From Candidatus Obscuribacteraceae bacterium (GTDB lineage Bacteria > Cyanobacteriota > Vampirovibrionia > Obscuribacterales > Obscuribacteraceae), in assembly GCA_044226015.1 (NCBI GenBank), contig JBGAHS010000001.1, forward strand, positions 1,024,001 to 1,088,000: a stretch of 64,000 bases of DNA, in the 5' to 3' direction. Below are positions 10,401 to 19,196 of this stretch, in pieces. The position numbers and the translations under genes are program-made. Below the pieces are notes generated by a model, which was given only the letters and a program-made list of their open reading frames with translations, ran no database searches and was not told where the DNA came from. The number at the start of each line of letters is the position of its first letter. Position 1 is the stretch's first letter.

Positions 10401-11387
10401 AAGAGAACAGACATATCAGAAAAGGAGAAGGCTGCAACCTACAAAGAAATTTCTCGTTTGCTCGACAGCAAGAACGAGGTTATTTTCTCTGCCGCAGACA
10501 AATCGTTGCTTGCTGCTCAGCTATCGTGGCACATCGGAAACTGTGTGAAGAATGCTCAGGGTGAAAATCCGACATGCCAGGTAACATCTCTTCGTGGACA
10601 ACTTCTATATGAGAGCCCATCAAATTTTGCAAGGATGATGACCGATGTTTTGACCACGGGTCAATTCAAAACAAATGATGGTTCTATCATCAAACCTCCG
10701 GCTAATTCTATGAAGCGTACTGAGGGTAGCGAAGAATCACGTTTTCCTCCAGAAGATGGTGTGCGCACCTGGCTTGGAAAAATTTCAGACATCACAGTAG
10801 CTAACATTCACTGGCAACGACAGACTGTTGCTCCTAGTGGTGAAGTCGTGCCCAAGGGCCAGCTAGTATACAGACAAGAGCCACCAACAGGGCGCAAAGA
10901 TGGCGGTCACCGCTTGTATAAAGAACCAAATAATGGCTACATTTATCCTCAAAATAATTCTGATGGCAAGCTCATTGAACAGCCAACAATGTACGCTAAA
11001 GACATTGCTGCCACCTACAATCAAATCGTTCCGTCGAACAAGAGCAACCCAGTAGTTGTGGTTGAGAGAGCCGACATCAAGGGCGGCGCTGGTGTCAGTT
11101 CGGTACAAACAGAAGACCAACTTCATGAGCTTTTGAGCAAAGAGCCAGGCACTCACATTACACAAATCTGGACCGGCGCTGATTGGTGCTGGAGGGAGCC
11201 CGCTCGCAAGTATAACTTCAAGCCCAAAGACGAGTCCGATGGCGAACATGCATTGATAATCAAAGATTACGATCCTAAAACGAAGACTGTGGCCGTGGAC
11301 AATTCCTGGTCTTCACTTTATGACAGAGTGGACGGATCTCGACGAATAAGCCTGCATGAGCTATATCTTGCAATGGCAAAGAAATAA
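7431..11387 (+). CDS. Large repetitive protein (beta-hairpin/YD-like repeats) with C-terminal papain-like cysteine protease domain
   Basis: Disordered K/P/E-rich N-terminus; many xxDG(S/T)xRxF/Y hairpins; QGENPTC (Q1043, C1049), EHALII (H1273), DNSW (N1291). Confidence 0.75.
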   Translation: MPLPAEKDDHEPRGQNDFLKPDPQIFLADSMPKWKALEILDQKNSDKSTERKTVTRTAAEALSAEYTNEQFGHLRRSPFLSKNRSAEGQKDAKAESPKKQAGDNPAVAVKPEQVTKPADPEKPVGPDKRAEEKPSAIEKMPVNEKPSVADKPAEATASEKVADKKPKDKDVIRASSTTPEPDSSAKKSLPELVIEDKASKSAGNLDFTSMLPVIKDAGSRAARELGSWVDQLSAKANELSESLKKIPQSITAPDGGAWKSSDGNWSYVDKSGKTVEKYDAKVDGVTRHENGGTTVNLADGRSIKENSDGSTFEYNANQKLSSIKYKDGSTRSFEWSGDDLVKMTSKLGEWTRVKDDKGSVKDQWLPKGTSTPWSGEINIDQKSGELKIAGNTYRSDSSIEKTNADGTREIKYANSDTVKFDKEGRLSEIQTQDAKRIFSWTTNPSATGENDKQALSAIQVIKDGKNYFHTRQSDGSWNVQTYENNAWSASQSEKISFAANNKTGEYSYEEDGAKHVLSPGKGEKETKPDGTVLEYQGSQIVKATQGTNVREFEWKDKQIVSVKDSAKNTSWSSIDGKWQSDKGDKLPGKASIDDNGSLIVKDGNKSSVIKLDGTQYQRIENAAEKSTVDISKDKVQVKAGDGSTREFKLDEKGEVVQETVLRNSTRESWTRGEKKTDGSYVWTNDQDAAKTEIRSSVTQNDGQLKISYPDGKQYQADTNGEEALENKKQDWSIKCKNGQPSESKFPDGTVRKYTFDKPGESPKTVEVTNKDGSVVNISRESEGVYNYKTKTSEMKWNVNFTVSRDGTYKFVDKDEKNKVTTRTIDGSKTVEDPANKSVVESYRDSVRRVVKDGKSVELVKDEKNQLNELRDSANNASYKRNQSGEWVASAIDSSKPFKDDGLARKGEISISEKGAVSFSDSDGRLVRQELGEKGKLISSKESTVEATHQNTAMSDADKAALEQTILNYAKDASVSSIAKSVFQESLSNFAKRTDISEKEKAATYKEISRLLDSKNEVIFSAADKSLLAAQLSWHIGNCVKNAQGENPTCQVTSLRGQLLYESPSNFARMMTDVLTTGQFKTNDGSIIKPPANSMKRTEGSEESRFPPEDGVRTWLGKISDITVANIHWQRQTVAPSGEVVPKGQLVYRQEPPTGRKDGGHRLYKEPNNGYIYPQNNSDGKLIEQPTMYAKDIAATYNQIVPSNKSNPVVVVERADIKGGAGVSSVQTEDQLHELLSKEPGTHITQIWTGADWCWREPARKYNFKPKDESDGEHALIIKDYDPKTKTVAVDNSWSSLYDRVDGSRRISLHELYLAMAKK

Positions 11388-11402
11388 GCGAGGACAATCG
11401 AA

Positions 11403-11921
11403 TTGATAATCAAAAACGTTGGGGCAATCTCGGAGCTTCGACTGCCAGCTCACTGGAAAGAATTAGGAGTTGTGCCCCAGTCTGAAGGCGAGTACGAGCT
11501 GCCGGCGGTTTCACGTGATTTCTCGCCTGGGGACCCCAAGGTTACTCTGTCGTTGTTCTACAGAGGAACTCCAATTTCTGAGAATTCAGCAGGTGCTTTG
11601 AAAACTATTGTTTCACAGCCAGACCATGAGTTGAGTAAAGCCGAATGGAACTCCATACATCAGGTCTTGAGCAAAATGGCGGACGAAGAAGCGTTTCAAA
11701 AACGTAAATGCTTTACACTTAACATTAAAGGACGTCGGGTCTTAGTCATTGACGGGGAATGGAGTAAAAGTCAGAATCAATTCTATGGGCTGATGTTGGG
11801 TATCGATGGGTCGGGGCGAGTAATACAAGAAGTTTTCCTGGAAGGTTCGGAAGGTTCTTTTAGCACCTATCTGGAAGAAGTGACTTCAGCAATGCGCTCG
11901 ATTGAATGGAAGGGGCAGTAG
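11403..11921 (+). CDS. Hypothetical protein coupled to the large repeat protein
   Basis: 172-aa ORF, TTG start with GAGGA SD, 15 bp after the upstream stop. Confidence 0.75.
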   Translation: MIIKNVGAISELRLPAHWKELGVVPQSEGEYELPAVSRDFSPGDPKVTLSLFYRGTPISENSAGALKTIVSQPDHELSKAEWNSIHQVLSKMADEEAFQKRKCFTLNIKGRRVLVIDGEWSKSQNQFYGLMLGIDGSGRVIQEVFLEGSEGSFSTYLEEVTSAMRSIEWKGQ

Positions 11922-11922
11922 C

Positions 11923-13020
11923 GTGCGTTCTAAATACAAAGTCTCTTTATTGCTGAGTTCAGTTTCAATACTTGTTTCTCAGATGCCGGTTTTTGCTTAC
12001 ATCGACTGGAACTGGCCGATGAATCAGATTCCCAGTAACCCTAAGGAAATTGAACGAGCCATGACCGCCTACAACAGTGGCGAGATCGATACAGCGATTT
12101 CTGCATTGACTAACGTGAAAGGAATGTCGCCTGAAGATTGTCGTGTACGACACATTTTAGCCGAGTTGTATCGCGAGCAAAAGCGCTTTACCGAGGCTCG
12201 CAATGAGTACCAGGAACTCATTAACTTCGAAACGAAATATATGTCGAACAACTCCTCCAAGCCCGGCTGGATGGACCCAACGCAGCTGAAAATGGAGATC
12301 GCAGACTCATACTTTGAGCAAGGAAGCATCTCGGAAGCACAGCAAATGTACAGAGACCTGGCACAACAAAGACCCACTTGGCTCGAACCTCGCAAAATGC
12401 TTGGTCGTTGCTTAGAAATGCAGGGTGATTATGAAGGTGCCCGGCAGCATTACAAAACACTGCTAGACTCAGGAGCTGCCGCCAGTGCGGGTGACAAGAA
12501 TTATTTGATGTCCATGGTCACAAACTTGGATAAAGCGATTGAGGCTAAGAGTCAGTCGGCGCAGGGTCAACAGGTAGCCACTCAACCTGGTGGTCCTGCC
12601 GGAGTGCCAGCTAATGGTATGCCGGCCAATATGCATCAACCGATGGGCAACAACTCGTTTGGTAGTCGCAGTTTCTCTGCAGCTCCTGGGCATGCTATGC
12701 CTTCCTCTCCCTACGGTACGCCTGGTGGCATCGGCAGTGCCTCGCCATCTCACACTGTTGTTGCAACAGGACCTCTGGCTGAAGCAACTGCAGACATAAC
12801 TGGAAAGAAGTACGATGCTGCTATAGCTAAGCTGAAACCAATAGTTCAAAAATCTGCGGGTAACGCGCAGGCACATTACCTCATGGCTATAGCTTCGGTG
12901 GGAAAAGGCGATTATAAAACGGCTAAAGAAGAGTATGAGTTGACGCTCAAGTACGCTCAAGATTTGAAGTTGCAGAAGCTTGCTTCAAGTGGGTTGCTGA
13001 AAATTCAGAACAAGAATTGA
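11923..13020 (+). CDS. Secreted TPR-repeat protein with Pro/Gly-rich linker
   Basis: GTG at 11923 gives a signal peptide ending VFA; TPR-like helices at both ends (ORF track start 11902). Confidence 0.75.
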   Translation: MRSKYKVSLLLSSVSILVSQMPVFAYIDWNWPMNQIPSNPKEIERAMTAYNSGEIDTAISALTNVKGMSPEDCRVRHILAELYREQKRFTEARNEYQELINFETKYMSNNSSKPGWMDPTQLKMEIADSYFEQGSISEAQQMYRDLAQQRPTWLEPRKMLGRCLEMQGDYEGARQHYKTLLDSGAAASAGDKNYLMSMVTNLDKAIEAKSQSAQGQQVATQPGGPAGVPANGMPANMHQPMGNNSFGSRSFSAAPGHAMPSSPYGTPGGIGSASPSHTVVATGPLAEATADITGKKYDAAIAKLKPIVQKSAGNAQAHYLMAIASVGKGDYKTAKEEYELTLKYAQDLKLQKLASSGLLKIQNKN

Positions 13021-13048
13021 GTGCCACTGTCCATGGTGTGCATTGTGC

Positions 13049-13987
13049 TTAGCTCCAGTGTTGAAAGATGCGTTCTCTCGTTATAGCTTCTTCCGAACCA
13101 TCTGTGTGAAGCATTTTTACTCCGCTTCCTTCAAGCACAGTACCTATATATACGAATCCGCTATCTTCGCAGTCTGCAACGGCGGAGGGTGGAACGCAAG
13201 CCACCAACTCATAGTCTTCGCCCCCATATAATGCAAGTCCCAAGGGGATTTTTCCGGAAAGTTCAGCGGCTGAGACTGTTTCCTGGTGCACTGGAATTTT
13301 GCTAGCGTCAATCTTAATTGCAACTCCGCTCAGTTCTGAGATTTGAAGCAATGCATCGGCCAAACCATCGCTGGCATCCATCAATGCTGCTTCGCCTGCG
13401 CATGCGTTATACAGTGCCTTAGCTTCAAACAAGCGAGGTTTAGGACGCAAATGTTTCATCATCATATGTGACGCAGACGAATCGGCCACCTGTTCCAAAA
13501 GAATAAGTTGCAGTCCCATAGCGCTTGCGCCAAAGTCACCACTTACCATTACCTTATAGCCGGCTTTAGCTGCAGAACGAAGCATTGGCTTTTGCGGGCT
13601 TTTAGCAAAAACGGTAATAGAGATTACAAGCGCGTCGCTGCCAGTCAGGTCACCCCCTACGATACGGCAGTTGTAGGTTCGAGCGCAATCGATAATGCCT
13701 CTGTACAAAAGCTCGAACTCTTCATCGCTCATGCTCGTGGGAAAAGCAATGTTTACCACCGCGAACTCACTTTGGGCACCCATGGCTGCGATGTCTGAGA
13801 GATTCACCGCTAACGCTTTCCAACCGAGGTCGTTCAGATTCATTTGCGGCAAGAGAAAATGCTTTCCCTGAACCAGCATGTCAGAGCTGACAAGCATTCC
13901 AGATGGAAGCACGGCACAATCATCGCCTATTAACTCTTCTCCCGTAAGGGATTTGATGAGCTTGATAAGTTTGTCTTCTCTACCCAA
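13049..13987 (-). CDS. thiL: Thiamine-monophosphate kinase
   Basis: IGDDCA, SSDMLVQGKHF, AVNLSDIAAMG, IVGGD, DASDGL, GGEDYEL. Confidence 0.95.
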   Translation of the reverse strand: MGREDKLIKLIKSLTGEELIGDDCAVLPSGMLVSSDMLVQGKHFLLPQMNLNDLGWKALAVNLSDIAAMGAQSEFAVVNIAFPTSMSDEEFELLYRGIIDCARTYNCRIVGGDLTGSDALVISITVFAKSPQKPMLRSAAKAGYKVMVSGDFGASAMGLQLILLEQVADSSASHMMMKHLRPKPRLFEAKALYNACAGEAALMDASDGLADALLQISELSGVAIKIDASKIPVHQETVSAAELSGKIPLGLALYGGEDYELVACVPPSAVADCEDSGFVYIGTVLEGSGVKMLHTDGSEEAITRERIFQHWS

Positions 13988-14082
13988 GCTTTTTTGATCT
14001 CGCCATCAGTATTTTTACCGTCGACACTCGAATCGATAATGTTACAATCTTGGAATATAGGAAGTCGAGAGGCGATTGTAAT

Positions 14083-14334
14083 ATGGGACAACCGGGAGCC
14101 ATTCTATCCACCGTAATTGAGGGATACACGTTTGTCATCATTCTCTGGTGCCTTCTAAGCTGGTTTCCAAACATCAGATGGTATGACCAACCTTTCAAGA
14201 CTCTAAACATGCTTGTCGATCCAGTGCTGTCGCCTTTCCGCAAGCTTATTCCGCCACTTGGCGGCATTGATATATCCCCCATGGTAGCTATTCTCATACT
14301 ACAATTCATAGCGAAACAGGTTGGGAATTTTTAG
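14083..14334 (+). CDS. yggT: YggT family membrane protein
   Basis: LLSWFPNI, DPVLSPFRKLIPPLGGIDISP. Confidence 0.92.
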   Translation: MGQPGAILSTVIEGYTFVIILWCLLSWFPNIRWYDQPFKTLNMLVDPVLSPFRKLIPPLGGIDISPMVAILILQFIAKQVGNF

Positions 14335-14337
14335 TTT

Positions 14338-16314
14338 GTGATTTCAAGACGAGCTCTTCTCGCAACTTGGCTGGGTGCATATGCCTTAGCTCAAGTCCCG
14401 TCGTTTGCTCTGGGTCGAAAGCCTAAGGTTCAAGCAGCCCCTGTGCTTGGCGGACCGAGAACGCTTGCCCGGCAAGAATGGCCACCGGCAATAACCCCTG
14501 AATATGTTGGAATCGTGGACAAGGGTTACGCTTGCTTTGCCGATGACATGGGAAGGCTGGCTATAGTCGATTTGAAGAGGGAAGACAACCCACAAGTCAT
14601 GGGTGAACTCTTTGGCATAGGCCGGAAGGTTGTTGCCCTTGCGATAACTCAGCATCGGGCGATTGCCGTTGTTCAAGTTGACTCGGGCACAGATGTGCAA
14701 TTCCAAATGGTCATTGCCAGCCTGACCCCGGCTAACGACATATCGATAATGTCGAAGACTGTTCTTTCTAACTTCTCTGAGCCTTGCTCAGTTGCTTCGT
14801 TCGGCGATGTTATCGCTGTTGGTGGAACTGGTTTGAACAACGAAAACCAGCTAGTGTTCTACTCCATAGGAAAGAAGAAAGCCGTTGAGCCGGTGCAGAT
14901 ATCCGCCTTGACGCTTGAACACAATCCGTTCAAGCTCGATTTTCAAGACAGGCAGCTACTCGCTTTGTGTGGTGCCGATAGCACCGAGCTGCTTGCTGTG
15001 AATCTAGCGAACCCGCGAGCCCCTGAGCTAATTGGTAGCGTTCGTCTCGACGGAAGCTTCCAGTGTGTGGCGCGCAACCGAGATCAGATTTTGGTGGCTG
15101 GCTATGGCTTCGATCGCAAATGCCAGGTCAAGCTTATTACCATGAAACCTAGTATGTCCGTGGCAACGACGGTGGCTCTATCTGCGGTGACTGAAATTCT
15201 TGATCTTGCCGCACAGAGAACGCAGTTTCTACTGCTGGTAAATCAAACCGAGCGTCAAGCCGTTGTACCTGTTATTGTTGGGCGCAAGAATGCACTCTCT
15301 GCAGGGGCGACTGTGCCACTACCTGTAGGGGCACGTGGCTCTTCGCCTCGAGCGCATATCGCTGTTAAAGAAAAGGACGCTTATATTGCAACTGATTGGG
15401 GCGGCGTGCAAGTTCTGAACATCGCTAAAACCGGTTGGCAGCTCAGTTACGCTAATACGATTCCACGCCTTCCAGCCTCTGCTCTGGTTCTCAGCGGCAC
15501 AAACGCCGTTATCGCATGTGCAGAATTGAAGCTTTACGATCTCAAAGACCCGCACCATCCAGAGCTGAAGAGCTCGACTGATATTTCCAGTACTGTCAGA
15601 TCAATGCTCTCCCTTGGCAGAACCTTTCTTTGTTTGACAAAGGATTCTCTGACCATAAGGTCAGCAGATAAGCCATCGGAGATTATCGCAACTGCCAAAA
15701 GTAGTGGGAATTCGCTGGCATACGATGAATCGAAAAATACTGCGTACGTGCTCAAGCCGAATGATAAAGGCTGCCAGCTCAATGTTTTCAAAGCAACGGA
15801 AGACAGCCTGAAGTTCCTCGTGAGCCGAGACATTCCATCGCCTGGGCGAAAAGCCATTGCGCAGCAAGGCATGATTTTGCTTGCCGGGCTAAACGAGCTA
15901 AACCTGTACAAGACTGATGACACTGGCACAGCGCTGCTTGCCTCACGCAAGTTGCCCAATTTCGCTATTCGTGATTTTGTTATGGTTGGAAATACCATAT
16001 ACGTTTCATGTGTTGACGAAAACTTGAAAGGTTCGTTGCTGGCGCTGTCTGCCGACAAAGAGGACCTTGCGATTGCTGGCGCCTGCGAGCTACCTGTCGA
16101 TGCCAGCGCTTTGGCAGTGTCTGCGGGCAAGGCTGTGGTTTTGGGCAGAGCGAAGAACGGAAAAGATTCAGTTGCTCTGGTCTCAGTGGCGAATGCTGCT
16201 CAAATGCGTGTGCTTGAGTCGTTTGCGACAATCGAGGCAGCTTCTGCTGTTGTAATACAAAACAGCACAGCTATTGTTGCCGGTAGGGGATTGGAGCTTC
16301 TGAATATCTCCTGA
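14338..16314 (+). CDS. Exported beta-propeller protein (LVIVD-like repeats) with twin-arginine-like signal
   Basis: SRRALL signal; repeats LAIVDLK, LLAVNLANPRAP, AYIATDWGGVQVLNI, LKLYDLKDPHHP. Confidence 0.7.
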   Translation: MISRRALLATWLGAYALAQVPSFALGRKPKVQAAPVLGGPRTLARQEWPPAITPEYVGIVDKGYACFADDMGRLAIVDLKREDNPQVMGELFGIGRKVVALAITQHRAIAVVQVDSGTDVQFQMVIASLTPANDISIMSKTVLSNFSEPCSVASFGDVIAVGGTGLNNENQLVFYSIGKKKAVEPVQISALTLEHNPFKLDFQDRQLLALCGADSTELLAVNLANPRAPELIGSVRLDGSFQCVARNRDQILVAGYGFDRKCQVKLITMKPSMSVATTVALSAVTEILDLAAQRTQFLLLVNQTERQAVVPVIVGRKNALSAGATVPLPVGARGSSPRAHIAVKEKDAYIATDWGGVQVLNIAKTGWQLSYANTIPRLPASALVLSGTNAVIACAELKLYDLKDPHHPELKSSTDISSTVRSMLSLGRTFLCLTKDSLTIRSADKPSEIIATAKSSGNSLAYDESKNTAYVLKPNDKGCQLNVFKATEDSLKFLVSRDIPSPGRKAIAQQGMILLAGLNELNLYKTDDTGTALLASRKLPNFAIRDFVMVGNTIYVSCVDENLKGSLLALSADKEDLAIAGACELPVDASALAVSAGKAVVLGRAKNGKDSVALVSVANAAQMRVLESFATIEAASAVVIQNSTAIVAGRGLELLNIS

Positions 16315-16448
16315 CTTCTGAATTAATCTTGTGGAGTCCTGACTGAGGTCACCTTTTTTACTTTACGGGCTCTCTTCCTAAGCAATGTTTTTCCAAATCG
16401 GGTAGAAAGGAAGATAGATCCTTCTGCATTTACCATACTGGAGATGAA

Positions 16449-17390
16449 ATGAGCTCAGTCGAAACCACGAGACGCCGATTTCCTCGTATTAGTTCAAATG
16501 CGTTCGAGCATCCCCTCGATCGCGCCGCTCTGGAAGCCCTGCGTAAGGTACCGGTCTTAGACACAGTGCTGAAAAAGTTCATGGAGCTTGGCGTGGAGCG
16601 AATGTTCCGAATCATGCTCATGGGCAATGCAATTCATGTGACGACAAAACAGTGCCACAAAATTCACAGAGTGTTCAAAGAAGCTTGCGACATTCTTGAT
16701 ATGCATGAGCCAGATTTGTTTTTAATGAACAACTTTCAGGTCAACGCCTGGACATTCGGCGTAGAGAGACCATTTATTGTCATGAACTCTGCACTAGTCG
16801 ACCTTCTGACGGAAGAAGAGTTGATGGCTGTTCTAGGTCACGAATTGGGTCACGTAAAAGCTGGACACGTCCTTTATAGAAGCCTTGCCTACTTCCTTCT
16901 GCAGCTCTTGCAGAGTTTCATCGGTATCGCAAGACCTGTTATGGAACTCGTTTTGATTGCCCTATCTGATTGGGCAAGAAAGTCGGAATTGACAGCAGAC
17001 CGTGCGGAGCTTCTTGTAGTTCAGAATGTTGAGACCTGCATCACTCTGCATATGAAACTAGCTGGTGGATCAAAGACAGTTTTCGACCAAACTGACATCA
17101 AAGAATTCTTGCGTCAGGGTGGTTCATATGAAGACTTCGATTACAGCACTCTGAACAAGTTCTACAAGCTCATGTACGAAATGCGCCTGTCGCATCCACT
17201 TCCAATTTACCGAGCTAAGGAAATTAAGCAATGGTCTGAAACCGGACAGTACAAAGAGATTCTGGCTGGGCGATATCCAACCGAGGATAGAGCCGATGAC
17301 CATGGTATTCGCGATTGCCAGCATTGCGGGGCCAAGCTAAGTCCATCGTTCTTCTTCTGTCCAGATTGTGGAAAGAGCGCTCGCGTCTAA
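16449..17390 (+). CDS. M48 family zinc metallopeptidase with C-terminal zinc ribbon
   Basis: FEHPLD, HELGH, ELTADR, SHP, CQHC...CPDC. Confidence 0.9.
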   Translation: MSSVETTRRRFPRISSNAFEHPLDRAALEALRKVPVLDTVLKKFMELGVERMFRIMLMGNAIHVTTKQCHKIHRVFKEACDILDMHEPDLFLMNNFQVNAWTFGVERPFIVMNSALVDLLTEEELMAVLGHELGHVKAGHVLYRSLAYFLLQLLQSFIGIARPVMELVLIALSDWARKSELTADRAELLVVQNVETCITLHMKLAGGSKTVFDQTDIKEFLRQGGSYEDFDYSTLNKFYKLMYEMRLSHPLPIYRAKEIKQWSETGQYKEILAGRYPTEDRADDHGIRDCQHCGAKLSPSFFFCPDCGKSARV

Positions 17391-17510
17391 GCTTCCTGCT
17401 GGATAGCATAGATCTTGTGGGTCCATCTTATCGCTTCGGTAAATCACCAAATGTGATACCAGTGTCGGCTCATTTCCTAACGAAGCGGCTACTAGCAGAG
17501 CATAAATTTG

Positions 17511-17538
17511 AAAGGTCCACCAGAAGGTGGACCTTTTC
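17511..17538. terminator. Bidirectional intrinsic terminator
   Basis: AAAGGTCCACC-AGAA-GGTGGACCTTT perfect stem between convergent genes. Confidence 0.75.
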
Positions 17539-17552
17539 ATTCTGAACTCAAG

Positions 17553-18308
17553 TCAAAGAAGTGAATCGTCGGTCTTCATCCTGCCTGGCTGAAAGGAATG
17601 AGGATTGCTGGCAAGAATGGTGAACAATGGTTCGTTCTTTTTCATTTCCCAGAGGAGGTATCCACCGACAAAAGCAAGCTTATTGTCTCCTCTTTCGACC
17701 TTCTTTGGCAGATGCTTCAAATGCCGACTGTTGCCACCACCCATGATGAGATAATCGGCAAGAAATGCCTCTCGAAGTGCTACTGCCAGTCGCTTAGCTC
17801 TGCGGTTCCATTCTTTTTTTCCTACCTTTCTTAATTTTTCTTTGCTGAGAACATCACCTGCCAGGTCGGTATTTCCATAATGGAGCGCCCCTAGCTCGAG
17901 GTTAATCACCATGTGATCTATTATCAATGCTGAGCCCACACCAGTTCCAAATCCCAAATAAAGCATGCGCCCACCACGATAGCTTCCTATGGCTTGGAGA
18001 ACAGCGTCATTCACAACTTTTACCGGCTTATCGAGAGCCTTTTCGAAGTCGAATTTTACCCATCCTTTTCCTAAGTTGAGTGGTTCTTCGAATATTCTAT
18101 TTTCTCGATTGACTCGTCCTGGAAAGCCGATTGAGACGCAGTCATAGTGCCAATCTTCAGGAAGCTCTTCGATTGCTTTTAAGAGGTCTTTCGGAGCAAA
18201 GCTTTTGCCCGTCTCGACTCTTAGCGCCTTTAGCTTTCCGCTAAGCAAAAATTTGCATGTACCGCCTCCAATGTCCACTGAAAGTATTTTCTTTTTCTTT
18301 GATGCCAT
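17553..18308 (-). CDS. ROK-family sugar kinase (polyphosphate glucokinase-like)
   Basis: SVDIGG, SIGFPG, VVNDA, GFGTGVGSA, NLELG, GGGN. Confidence 0.85.
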   Translation of the reverse strand: MASKKKKILSVDIGGGTCKFLLSGKLKALRVETGKSFAPKDLLKAIEELPEDWHYDCVSIGFPGRVNRENRIFEEPLNLGKGWVKFDFEKALDKPVKVVNDAVLQAIGSYRGGRMLYLGFGTGVGSALIIDHMVINLELGALHYGNTDLAGDVLSKEKLRKVGKKEWNRRAKRLAVALREAFLADYLIMGGGNSRHLKHLPKKVERGDNKLAFVGGYLLWEMKKNEPLFTILASNPHSFQPGRMKTDDSLL

Positions 18309-18590
18309 GTTGTTTACTCAAGATGATGTCTGCTATTGGCGTGCTCTGAATACTAAAAGTTCCGTGTCTGAAAATGCCTTTTCTGCTTGGTTTAAGCTTT
18401 GGCATTTGCTAAAAGTGGTTTGGTATTTTTCAGATCAAAGCTTTCTTCAATCTTTCATGAATCAGTAAATTCTTTTCTTTTGCTTGTATGTGATACTACT
18501 GGTGGTGGCGTTGGCGTCGTTGATGCCAGCCGGGCTTCAGCAACCACGATTTGGAAGTTTCGGATAAATACTCATTTCATTTTGCAAGCA

Positions 18591-18628
18591 AAACAGAAGA
18601 GGGAGCATTTCTGCTCCCTCTTCTGTTT
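18591..18628. terminator. Intrinsic terminator with a 17-bp perfect stem
   Basis: AAACAGAAGAGGGAGCA-TTTC-TGCTCCCTCTTCTGTTT just past the stop of the minus-strand gene ending at 18646. Confidence 0.8.
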
Positions 18629-18645
18629 CAATATTCATTGCGTTG

Positions 18646-19146
18646 TTAGTCGCGAGCTTCGCTATCACCATTGTCGCTGGGCTTGCTTGACTTTTCTGAT
18701 TTCAATTCGCCACCACAAAAAGCGCAAAATAGCTTTTCTTGATTGGCAGGCTCATGGCAGTGAGGGCATTCAAATCCAGGTGTTCTTGCATATCCAGCTT
18801 TGCTTTCGCTCTTAGTTCTTCTAGCGGCGTCGGGATCGTGGGCTTCCTCATAAGCTTTCACTTCAGCTCTTACAAGCTCCATCTCTTTTTCAATTTCAGC
18901 GATTTCGGTGGTTTTACGCTTAATCACGTCTTCGCCAACTTCATCGCCTCTTTCGTATTTGTCATAAATCAATTTGCCAAGATTTTCCAGGGCAACAGCT
19001 TTCTTCGCTTCTAAAGATGTGAGGCGGCTTTGCTGGGATGCGTTTTGCATCATCTCTTGAGACTTCTCTTGGACCTTATTAATGGTGTCACCGACCTGCT
19101 TGATTCCGGTATTTACACCCTTAACTACCTCGTCTATAAAACCCAT
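18646..19146 (-). CDS. Coiled-coil protein with C-terminal zinc ribbon
   Basis: Heptad-rich N-terminus; CPHC...CAFC. Confidence 0.8.
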   Translation of the reverse strand: MGFIDEVVKGVNTGIKQVGDTINKVQEKSQEMMQNASQQSRLTSLEAKKAVALENLGKLIYDKYERGDEVGEDVIKRKTTEIAEIEKEMELVRAEVKAYEEAHDPDAARRTKSESKAGYARTPGFECPHCHEPANQEKLFCAFCGGELKSEKSSKPSDNGDSEARD

Positions 19147-19196
19147 TTCGTTATTACTCCTGTCTTGGATTTAGCTGGAACCAGTGCCACCACGCT

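Noticed and set aside
7431..11387. Canonical Rhs toxin
   Set aside because: No DPxG core-end motif or PAAR/VgrG context; the repeats are only loosely YD-like
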